Shown: positions 17,687 to 25,220, counted from the stretch's first letter. The stretch: DNA of 32,000 nt from an uncultured Flavobacteriaceae bacterium (GCA_964489245.1 CAZAXU010000013.1:13790-45789), one strand, 5' to 3'. Notes: a model not told the origin generated them from the sequence alone. Program-made: numbers and translations.

Positions 17687-17822
17687 TGAAATATTGTTGA
17701 AATGATTTGTCATGAAAAAGCGAATCGATTCGGGAATTAACGAATGATGGATATTGAAGTTAATCATTTTATAGGCAAACCCCGTAGGGGTTAAATGTTG
17801 GTAACCCACGAACTTTTAGTTC
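17687..17822 (+). promoter_or_regulatory. Structured 5' leader (candidate cis-regulatory RNA) upstream of the small OMP gene
   Basis: Three mutually exclusive hairpins are present: 17778-17792 (AACCCC gta GGGGTT), 17788-17807 (GGGTTA n8 TAACCC) and 17805-17827 (CCCACGAACT ttt AGTTCGGGGG). In addition, 17706-17715 TTTGTCATGA is perfectly complementary to 17877-17886 in the downstream hairpin. Confidence 0.35.
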
Positions 17823-17919
17823 GGGGGGGGAAATAAAAAAAAGACGTTTTGTTTTGGCGTGATTTTTTTGTGAAAATCATGACAAAACATAATAAATTGA
17901 TTTATAATTAAATAGACAT
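17823..17919 (+). repeat. Copy 1 of the purine-tract / 16-bp-stem hairpin / AT-box module
   Basis: A 22-nt purine tract (17823-17844, including G8), a 6-nt spacer, the hairpin 17851-17888 and the AT-rich box 17889-17915 precede the ATG at 17920. Both arms are 16/16 identical to the copy at 24885-24921 read on the reverse strand. Confidence 0.8.
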
Positions 17920-18462
17920 ATGAAAAATAAATTATTATTAGGTTTGATTTTTTTTTCCGCCATGAGTGTATTTTCACAGAAATGGCAATATTCCGCGGGA
18001 TTGCAAGGCAATTGGGTTGACGGAAAGAAATATACGGGATATGATTTGAACCTTATTTTTGCGCCTAAATACACAATCAAAGAATTTGATTCTGAGAATT
18101 CAATTTATGCTGAAATTCAACCGGCAATTGGTGTCGGATTCAGAAATTGGCATGAAAATCAAGGTACGGGAAAAGATGTCTATCCTTCCAGAATAAGCTA
18201 TAGTGTTCCCATAGTGTTCGGTTATAATTATGGAATAAATGCAACTGAAAATTCAATGAGTACTTTTGGATTTTATGCAGCGGCGGGCTATGGAATGAAT
18301 AATGTAATTTCAAGCGATCCGTCTTTTGATGCCATTCAGGGAATCGTGTTGCAAGCAGGTCTGTATTTACCAACAGCACCAATCGGGCGTTTTGGATTTA
18401 GTTACACCATCGGAAATAGTGACAAAAAAACCTATAGCGTTGTGTTTATGCTGACTTTTTAG
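17920..18462 (+). CDS. Small outer-membrane beta-barrel protein (180 aa)
   Basis: Signal peptide MKNKLLLGLIFFSAMSVFSQ. Gly/Tyr/Asn-rich alternating strands and a terminal ...VVFMLTF with C-terminal Phe. Confidence 0.75.
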   Translation: MKNKLLLGLIFFSAMSVFSQKWQYSAGLQGNWVDGKKYTGYDLNLIFAPKYTIKEFDSENSIYAEIQPAIGVGFRNWHENQGTGKDVYPSRISYSVPIVFGYNYGINATENSMSTFGFYAAAGYGMNNVISSDPSFDAIQGIVLQAGLYLPTAPIGRFGFSYTIGNSDKKTYSVVFMLTF

Positions 18463-18480
18463 AGATTTGCTAAAATTTAT

Positions 18481-21243
18481 TTAGTGGGCTTCTAACCAGT
18501 TATCCCCGACACCTATATCTACAATCAAAGGAATTTCCAGTTCAACGGCATGCTCCATTTCGTTTTTGATGAGTGCAGAGACTTGTTCCATTTCGTTTAC
18601 GGGTACATCAAAAACAAGTTCATCATGAACTTGCAATAGCATTTTGGTTTGATATTTCTGCAGTTTTTGCTGAATTTGAATCATTGCTTTTTTGATGATA
18701 TCTGCAGCACTTCCCTGAATCGGGGCATTCACCGCATTTCGCTCTGCTGCAGATCGAACGATGGCATTTTGAGAATTGATATTGTTCAAATAACGCCTTC
18801 TGCCAAAAATGGTTTCAACATAGCCGTGTGATCTGGCATAATCCACTTGATTTTTGATATAAGTTCTGAGTTGAGGATAATTTTCATAATAAGCATCTAT
18901 TAATTTCTTAGCCTCGGAACGACTGAGATCGGTTTGTTGACTTAAGCCGTGCGCTGAAACGCCGTAAATAATACCAAAGTTAACCGTTTTTGCTTGAGAG
19001 CGTTGTTCACGGGTGACACTTTCTAGAGGAACCTTGAAGAGTCTGGCAGCCGTAGCCCGATGAATATCTTCATGATTTCTGAAAGATTGTAGCATATTAG
19101 GGTCTTTGCTTAAAGCGGCAATCAGTCTTAGTTCAATTTGAGAATAATCTGCAGCCAGAAGCTTATGATTTTTGTCGGAAGCAACAAAAGCACGTCTTAC
19201 TTCACGTCCCAACTTTGTTCGGATAGGAATGTTTTGCAGATTGGGGTCGGTAGAACTTAATCTGCCCGTGGCGGCAATAGCTTGATTGAAGTTGGTATGG
19301 ATTCTCCCGCTTATCGGATTGATTTGTTTTGGCAAGGCATCCAGATAAGTGTTTTTAAGTTTGTTCAAGGAGCGCCATTCCAAAACTTTGCTTACAATAG
19401 GCTGTTTTTTCAATCCGGACAGTACTTCTTCAGAAGTAGAATATTGTCCTGTTTTTGTCTTTTTTGCTTGTGTGACAATTTTCATTTTTTCAAATAAAAC
19501 AATACCGAGCTGTTTGGGAGAACCGATATTGAATTGTTCTTCGGATATTTCAAAAATATCTTTTTCCAGTTTCAAAATTTCATGTGTAAGTTTCTCAGAT
19601 AATTTGTGTAAACTGGCAGGGTCAAGTTTGATTCCTGTCAATTCCATTTCTCCCAAAACACGTAGCAAGGGAGCTTCAATGTTTTGATAAAGTTCAGTGG
19701 CTTTTGCACGTTCCATTTCTTCAACGAAGTATTTTTTTAGTGCAAGATTGATGTCTGTTCGTATTCCGGTAAATTCCAGCTTTTCACGCTCACTGATTTG
19801 TTTTTTAGGTAGAGAATGTAATTCAAGGTTCAAATAGTTCTCTGCCAATATACTCAGTTCATTTCTTGTGTCGGGATTGATGAGATAGTGCAAAATCATG
19901 TTGTCATACAAGCGTCCTTTTAATCGAATGTTATAGTATCTCAAGAGTTTATAAATCTGTTTGAGATCATAACCGATTTTATCGATTTGTTCGTGTTCAA
20001 AAAAATCTCGAAAAAATTTAAGCTTGGTTTCAAGTTCTTCTGTCATCGAGAGACAATAGGTTTTTCCTTGGCTAAATCCGAATATCAAACTATAATCTTT
20101 GTTTTCAATATTGAAGTTTTCGGGATACAAGCTGATAGATACTCCTTTTTGATTGAGAAGCTTTTCCAAAAGGATCTTTCTTGATTCAGCTGTATTGATG
20201 AGTTGATTGAAGTGTTGAATACTGTTTTTCGGTTGTTTTTCTTCTATAATTTCATCAAAATCATCAAAAAGAGATCTTTGAATGTTTTGTTGTGTAGGTT
20301 TCTTGGGATTTTTTTGAGTGTTTTCGGAGAAATTCTTTGGCATAAAAAGTTTGCTGAACTGTTCAGTCATTCTTCGGAATTCTAATTCTTTAAAAATTTC
20401 ACCGGTTTTTTCAAAATCAGGAGTATTCAGCTCAAATTCTTTGTCGTCAAATTGTATGGGTGCATGAATATTGATTGTTGCCAATTTTTTTGAGAGCAAG
20501 CCTAAGTCTTTATTGGCTTCAACTTTTTCTTTCATTTTTCCCTTAAGCTTGTCGGTGTTTTCAAACAGATTTTCCATACTGCCGAATTCTTGTAGGAATT
20601 TTTTGGCGGTTTTTTCTCCTACACCCGGAAGTCCGGGAATATTGTCCACACTGTCTCCCATCATTCCCAGAAAATCTATAACCTGTTCAGGATGTTTTAC
20701 GCCGAATTTTTCTCGCACTTTTTCAACATCCCATATTTCAATTCCTTTTCCCATTCGAGAAGGTTTATAGAGAAAAATATGATCGTCAACCAATTGAGCA
20801 AAATCCTTATCTGCCGTGACCATAAACACGTCATATTTATCTTTTTCTGCTTGTTTAGCCAAAGTCCCGATTAAGTCATCGGCTTCCCATCCTTCAACTT
20901 CTACAATGGGAATATGCATGGCTTCCAAAATTTTTTTGATGTAGGGAACAGCAATAATAATCCCTTCAGGAGTTTCGTGCCGATTGGCTTTATAGGCTTC
21001 ATACATCTCGGATCTTTCTTTTGAGCCTCCTTTGTCAAAAGCAACAACCAAATGATCCGGATTTTCACGGCGGATTAAATCTAAAAGCGTATTGACAAAG
21101 CCAAATACGGCAGAAGTATCCATACCCTTGGAATTGATGCGTGGATTTTTAATAAAAGCATAGAAAGCTCTAAAAATCAAGGCATAAGCATCTAATAGAA
21201 ATATGCGTTTTCGCTGAGAATTATTTTGATTTTGTTCGGTCAT
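18481..21243 (-). CDS. polA: DNA polymerase I
   Basis: 920 aa. 5' nuclease N-terminus (LLDAYALIFRAFYA, DKDFAQL), a 3'-5' exonuclease-like middle domain, and polymerase motifs A (LLAADYSQIELRL), B (RSQAKTVNFGIIYG) and C (LQVHDELVF). Confidence 0.97.
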   Translation of the reverse strand: MTEQNQNNSQRKRIFLLDAYALIFRAFYAFIKNPRINSKGMDTSAVFGFVNTLLDLIRRENPDHLVVAFDKGGSKERSEMYEAYKANRHETPEGIIIAVPYIKKILEAMHIPIVEVEGWEADDLIGTLAKQAEKDKYDVFMVTADKDFAQLVDDHIFLYKPSRMGKGIEIWDVEKVREKFGVKHPEQVIDFLGMMGDSVDNIPGLPGVGEKTAKKFLQEFGSMENLFENTDKLKGKMKEKVEANKDLGLLSKKLATINIHAPIQFDDKEFELNTPDFEKTGEIFKELEFRRMTEQFSKLFMPKNFSENTQKNPKKPTQQNIQRSLFDDFDEIIEEKQPKNSIQHFNQLINTAESRKILLEKLLNQKGVSISLYPENFNIENKDYSLIFGFSQGKTYCLSMTEELETKLKFFRDFFEHEQIDKIGYDLKQIYKLLRYYNIRLKGRLYDNMILHYLINPDTRNELSILAENYLNLELHSLPKKQISEREKLEFTGIRTDINLALKKYFVEEMERAKATELYQNIEAPLLRVLGEMELTGIKLDPASLHKLSEKLTHEILKLEKDIFEISEEQFNIGSPKQLGIVLFEKMKIVTQAKKTKTGQYSTSEEVLSGLKKQPIVSKVLEWRSLNKLKNTYLDALPKQINPISGRIHTNFNQAIAATGRLSSTDPNLQNIPIRTKLGREVRRAFVASDKNHKLLAADYSQIELRLIAALSKDPNMLQSFRNHEDIHRATAARLFKVPLESVTREQRSQAKTVNFGIIYGVSAHGLSQQTDLSRSEAKKLIDAYYENYPQLRTYIKNQVDYARSHGYVETIFGRRRYLNNINSQNAIVRSAAERNAVNAPIQGSAADIIKKAMIQIQQKLQKYQTKMLLQVHDELVFDVPVNEMEQVSALIKNEMEHAVELEIPLIVDIGVGDNWLEAH

Positions 21244-21263
21244 GAGTTTGATGGTTAATATTC

Positions 21264-21271
21264 CAAAGATA
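21264..21271 (-). promoter_or_regulatory. -7 promoter box TATCTTTG for polA
   Basis: The reverse strand reads TATCTTTG, 20 nt upstream of the polA ATG at 21243 and immediately downstream of the terminator hairpin. Confidence 0.55.
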
Positions 21272-21282
21272 CCAAAATTATT

Positions 21283-21316
21283 TCAGCCCGAAGCTTTGAC
21301 TAAAGCTTCAGGCTGA
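21283..21316 (-). terminator. Terminator hairpin for the DUF1028 / Asp-box propeller operon
   Basis: Read on the reverse strand: TCAGCCTGAAGCTTT agtc AAAGCTTCGGGCTGA (14/15 bp), followed by AATAATTTTGG. It lies 28 nt after the stop at 21344. Confidence 0.65.
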
Positions 21317-21343
21317 TGAAATATTTTTTATGGTTCACTAAGA

Positions 21344-23836
21344 CTATTTAACAATAAATTCCTTGATGCCTTGATTTGTTTCTCCTCGAAGTTTTATCCA
21401 GTAAATTCCTTTCGTCAGTCCTTGAACATTTATGCGTTCACCGGATTTGATATCTTTTTTAACAAGTATATTTTGTCCGTTTATATTGAAAATATTGATA
21501 TCAAATTTACGAGATGCCGGCTCTGTTTTAAAATAGATATAATCGGTTGCCGGATTAGGATATAAATCAAAGTGAATCTGGTCATTTTTCTTTATCGATA
21601 AAAGATTGTTTAAATCATAACTATAGATAGAACGCCCGTATGTTCCGGCATAGATTGTATGCGTTGGAGCATGAATTTTAATGTCGCTTATAATAACGGT
21701 AGGAAGATTGTTTCCTAGTAAATCCCAATTTTGCCCGTCGTTTGTGCTATACCAGACACCGACATCTGTGGCAACAAATATTTTTCCGTCATAGAGTTCA
21801 ATATCATTCACCGGATTGTTGGGTAGATTTCCTGAAATATTAATCCAATTTTGCCCGCCGTTTGTCGTTTTGAAAATATGTGCGGCATAGTCTAGCCTAT
21901 TGTATCCGGATAGACAAACGTAGGCAGTATTGTCCTCTGTTGGAGAAATGGCGATTTGTGTTACGTAGCGTACAGGTAGTCCGGCTGAAATATCGGTCCA
22001 ATTTTGTCCGCCGTTAAAAGTAACCGAGATTTTTCCGTCATCGCTTCCGGTATATATAGTGTTTAAATTGGAATAAGACGCTGCAATTGCCGTAAGCGTG
22101 CCATAAGAAGTCCCTCCGTTAGGATTTCCTCCGTTTGTCAAATCACCACTGATTGCCGTCCAATATTCTGCATGTGTCGATTTGTATAGCTTTTGGCTGC
22201 CGTAGTATAATCTGTTGGAATCAAAAGGTGAAATAACAACGGGAGTATTCCAGTTTTTTCGATCATTTTGCGATATTCCATGAGTTCCGGAATAGATGTG
22301 CATCCAATCATTCCAGCCGTTATCAGAATAGAATAATCTACCTCTTTGAGATTCGGCATAAATATAGTTTGGATTATTTTTGTCTATATTGACATGAAAA
22401 CCATCTCCGCCAAGAATACTAATCCAATTTTGCCCGATATTTTTCCTGCGGATAGTATTGTTGTCCTGTGTTCCTCCGAGCAAGTCATCGGGGTTTTGAT
22501 AATTGATTTCGATGTTATAGAATTGCGTGATAGGTAGTTTTTCATTATGTGTCCAACTTGTTCCGCCATTATTTGAAATATATAGCCCGCCGTCATTTCC
22601 AAGCACAATCATATTTGAATTTGTTACGGAGAAGTCAATTGCGTGTGTGTCAGCATGAATATCCTGAATTTCAGTCCAATTTGTTCCCTTATTGTTTGAC
22701 ACATAGGTTTTCATTCCCAACAGATATACTTTCGAGTTATGGGGACTAACTTTTATACTGCCAAAATACCATCCGAATCGGTTGTAAACATCACTGATGT
22801 CATCTTGCGGAGCCGGTATCCAAGAGTCGCCGTTATTCGTTGATTTATAAAAACCACTATAAACATTTGTAACGTGATTGGTTGTATAGGATGCATACAC
22901 GATTGCCGGATTATTGGGGTCTATAGCCAATCCGATCCTTCCCGTTTCGGCATTGCTTGCCGGCAAACCGTTTGACAGTTTAGCCCATGTATTTCCCCCA
23001 TCCGCAGATTTGTATACTCCGGAATTCGGTCCGGCATAATTTCTTCCCCAAGGGTGTCTGATTCTATCCCACATGGCGGCAAAAATAATATTTGAATTTT
23101 GTGGATTGATTATAATATCAATACAAGCCGTAGAATCACTTACGTAAAATACTTTTTGCCAAGAATTTCCTCCGTCTAAACTTCTATAGACACCGCGTTC
23201 CGTATTTTTTCCATAGATTTTTCCCGCTGCTGCTGCAAAAAGTCTGTCGGGATTATTTGGGTCAACGGCTATTTTTCCGATGTGCTCCGTCTCTTCTAAT
23301 CCCTTATGCATCCAAGTATTGCCTCCGTCGTCAGATCTATATATTCCATCTCCGAAAAAAGCACCGGAATCGTAACTGGCATTTGCCTCTCCGGTTCCCA
23401 CATAGATTCGTTGGGAGTTTGACGGAGCATAAGAAATGGCGCCGATAGAAATTCTGGGGTTATTATCAAAAACGGGCATCCATGTCTGTCCTTTGTCCGT
23501 GGTTTTGAAAACACCTCCTGATGCGGCACCGATTAAAATTTCATTTTCGTTGGTAGGAGAAATGGCAACAGATGTGATTCTTCCTCCCGTATTTTTTGGA
23601 CCTACAAGTTGCCAATTTCCCGTCGAATTTTTAAATTGTTTTTGAAGTTGTGTATAAGCAGAAGCTTTTCTAATCGCTTTTTGATCAATTTTTCCGTTGG
23701 GGAAAGCACGCTGCAAGAACATCCACTCAGACGGGTATTCGCGTTGATTTAATACCGGTTTTTCATTCTTTTGACTGCAAGCGGAGAGCGCTAAAACAGA
23801 AAAGAAGAAAATAAGTAATCGGTTATTTCTTGTCAT
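21344..23836 (-). CDS. Secreted Asp-box (BNR) repeat beta-propeller protein (sortilin/VPS10- or GH74-like) with T9SS type-A C-terminal sorting domain
   Basis: 830 aa with a lipoprotein-like signal (LALSAC). There are about 10 SxDxGxTW-type Asp-boxes (TTDKGQTWM, SDDGGNTWM, SLDGGNSWQ, SADGGNTWA, SNNGGTSWT, TTNGGQNWI, STNDGQNWD and others). The C-terminus LYPNPATDYIYF...GIYWIKL...IVK is a T9SS CTD. Confidence 0.85.
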   Translation of the reverse strand: MTRNNRLLIFFFSVLALSACSQKNEKPVLNQREYPSEWMFLQRAFPNGKIDQKAIRKASAYTQLQKQFKNSTGNWQLVGPKNTGGRITSVAISPTNENEILIGAASGGVFKTTDKGQTWMPVFDNNPRISIGAISYAPSNSQRIYVGTGEANASYDSGAFFGDGIYRSDDGGNTWMHKGLEETEHIGKIAVDPNNPDRLFAAAAGKIYGKNTERGVYRSLDGGNSWQKVFYVSDSTACIDIIINPQNSNIIFAAMWDRIRHPWGRNYAGPNSGVYKSADGGNTWAKLSNGLPASNAETGRIGLAIDPNNPAIVYASYTTNHVTNVYSGFYKSTNNGDSWIPAPQDDISDVYNRFGWYFGSIKVSPHNSKVYLLGMKTYVSNNKGTNWTEIQDIHADTHAIDFSVTNSNMIVLGNDGGLYISNNGGTSWTHNEKLPITQFYNIEINYQNPDDLLGGTQDNNTIRRKNIGQNWISILGGDGFHVNIDKNNPNYIYAESQRGRLFYSDNGWNDWMHIYSGTHGISQNDRKNWNTPVVISPFDSNRLYYGSQKLYKSTHAEYWTAISGDLTNGGNPNGGTSYGTLTAIAASYSNLNTIYTGSDDGKISVTFNGGQNWTDISAGLPVRYVTQIAISPTEDNTAYVCLSGYNRLDYAAHIFKTTNGGQNWINISGNLPNNPVNDIELYDGKIFVATDVGVWYSTNDGQNWDLLGNNLPTVIISDIKIHAPTHTIYAGTYGRSIYSYDLNNLLSIKKNDQIHFDLYPNPATDYIYFKTEPASRKFDINIFNINGQNILVKKDIKSGERINVQGLTKGIYWIKLRGETNQGIKEFIVK

Positions 23837-24825
23837 TTGACTATTATTTTTTTTACGGCAATTTTTTTATCATAACTGAAAATATTTATCAGATACATGC
23901 CTTTTTCATATCCTGCAACATCAAAGACCAAACTGTTTTTTGGAAAAGAAACATGCTGTTTGGTGATAAGTTTTCCTGAAATATCCACAATTTCATAGGA
24001 GGTAATATTTTGTTTGGGGCTTCGAACCGTAAAAACATCTTTTACGGGATTGGGATAGAGAACAATATCATTTTCAGGCAATTTATTTTCCGATATGCCC
24101 AAATAATCGTTGTAGGCATTTTGGAGCGCATCGATGGGCTCGAAAATGGTAGATGTAATCCACACGTTCAAATCTAAAGATAAATGTCCGTATGAGCTGT
24201 CCGTGTCGTTTGGAGAAGCAACTCTCAGAAAAGCAGATGCAGAACTGATTCCATAGCTTTGGCATCTTGAATCAGCGCCTACTCTTTTTGCACCCTGCAA
24301 TGCTGCCATGAGCTTGTCTGCCAGCGTTCCTGTTGCGTTGAGAAAAGCGGTTTCCATGTCGTTGACCACATCTTGAGAGATTAAGATATTTCCTGCAATG
24401 GCATAATTTGCTCCGGTTTTGTGGATATGTTGGTCATAGCAATTAGAGCCGGTGTATGCGGCGCTTCTAGGAGTTCCATTGTTCAAGTCTACGGCTAAAT
24501 ATTGACGGATGGAAGGGTTGTTTCCGGCATCATGCGCAACCAGCCAATTCATAATTTCTTGAGGAGAATCTCCGGCAACCATTCTTGCTCTGGCATTTGT
24601 CTGGTTGGAGGAACTCCAGTATGATTGTGTGTGAATGGCACCAACACCAAGAACAATATCGCTAATAATTTGAGCACCGTCTTCTCTGGAGATGCAAGTG
24701 GCTCCGGCACTGCCAATTTCTCCCGTAGCAGGATCTACAGCTACAATGGAAAAGGTGTGTTGCGCAAAGACGGAAAAATTCAAGCTAAAAAGCAATATGA
24801 ATAAAAGAAAGTATTTTTGTTTCAT
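23833..24825 (-). CDS. Secreted DUF1028-like (Ntn-hydrolase fold) protein with T9SS type-A C-terminal sorting domain
   Basis: 330 aa. Signal peptide ...FSVFAQ, then HTFSIVAVDPATGEIGSAGATC, which is the characteristic DUF1028 N-terminus. The C-terminus LYPNPVKDVFTV...GMYLINI...IVK is a T9SS CTD. The stop overlaps the next gene's ATG (ATGA). Confidence 0.75.
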   Translation of the reverse strand: MKQKYFLLFILLFSLNFSVFAQHTFSIVAVDPATGEIGSAGATCISREDGAQIISDIVLGVGAIHTQSYWSSSNQTNARARMVAGDSPQEIMNWLVAHDAGNNPSIRQYLAVDLNNGTPRSAAYTGSNCYDQHIHKTGANYAIAGNILISQDVVNDMETAFLNATGTLADKLMAALQGAKRVGADSRCQSYGISSASAFLRVASPNDTDSSYGHLSLDLNVWITSTIFEPIDALQNAYNDYLGISENKLPENDIVLYPNPVKDVFTVRSPKQNITSYEIVDISGKLITKQHVSFPKNSLVFDVAGYEKGMYLINIFSYDKKIAVKKIIVK

Positions 24826-24950
24826 GGGTTTGTATTTTTTTTATTTTATTGTAAATTAATTTATTATGTTTCATTATGCATCGTGTTTTGTCATGATTTT
24901 TACAAAAAATCACGCCAAAACAATAGTGTCTTCTTTTCTCCTTTTTCCTC
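24826..24950 (-). repeat. Copy 2 of the purine-tract / hairpin / AT-box module (reverse strand)
   Basis: Read on the reverse strand: 22-nt all-purine tract (24950-24929), 7-nt spacer, hairpin (24921-24885), a 17-nt insertion, then the AT-rich box and the ATG at 24825. Confidence 0.8.
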
Positions 24951-25120
24951 ACATATGCCGAATTATGGTTTAAGAAGTTTTTTTTGCCACGAATGCACGA
25001 ACTTTCAAAAGCAAGATTTGCTTCTAAAATCTGCAATCATTTCGCCCATCAACTTTATACCTTTTACTTTAAACTCATGACCATTGGTCACCCGTCATCC
25101 GGCTTTTTGTATTTTTATTA

Positions 25121-25128
25121 CAAATGTA
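25121..25128 (-). promoter_or_regulatory. Candidate -7 promoter box TACATTTG for the T9SS-cargo operon
   Basis: This is the only TAnnTTTG match on the reverse strand of the 395-nt intergenic region. It implies a ~290-nt leader. Confidence 0.35.
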
Positions 25129-25220
25129 TGAATAGCATATAAAAAAATTGTTAACGAGTTGTTAAACCTGTGTGTTAAAGTTTGAAACAAGAGGCGTATG
25201 GATTATATTAGAGACAAATT

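Noticed and set aside
17712-17747. 11-codon upstream ORF (MKKRIDSGINE) in the OMP leader, considered as a possible attenuation leader peptide.
   Set aside because: It has no run of any regulatory amino-acid codon and no equivalent uORF in the second leader. Short ATG-initiated frames are frequent by chance in AT-rich sequence.
17778-17830. Considered whether the hairpin-rich stretch is a known small RNA (SRP RNA, 6S RNA or a tRNA-like element).
   Set aside because: I could not find a tRNA cloverleaf, SRP domain IV motifs or the extended closing helix with central bubble of 6S RNA. I kept it only as an unclassified candidate leader.
17848-24922. Reading the inverted-repeat pair as the termini of a transposon or composite mobile element.
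   Set aside because: The enclosed 7 kb holds polA and ordinary envelope genes and no transposase or integrase. I could see no target-site duplication. The repeats extend asymmetrically toward the adjacent start codons, which fits regulatory modules rather than transposon ends.
24785-25080. Two overlapping small ORFs (83 aa minus strand, 87 aa plus strand) filling the large intergenic gap.
   Set aside because: They overlap each other and the conserved hairpin module. One runs into the DUF1028 start. Composition is Cys/Phe/Lys/Asn-rich with no recognisable motif, signal or promoter box. I treat the region as non-coding.
25180-25193. Exact 14-mer GTTTGAAACAAGAG present in two intergenic regions (25180-25193 and 28957-28970, same strand).
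   Set aside because: It sits in different positions and orientations relative to the neighbouring genes, and the flanks align only weakly. One exact 14-mer repeat somewhere in 32 kb of AT-rich DNA is close to the chance expectation. It is worth a genome-wide count but cannot be supported as a site from this window alone.
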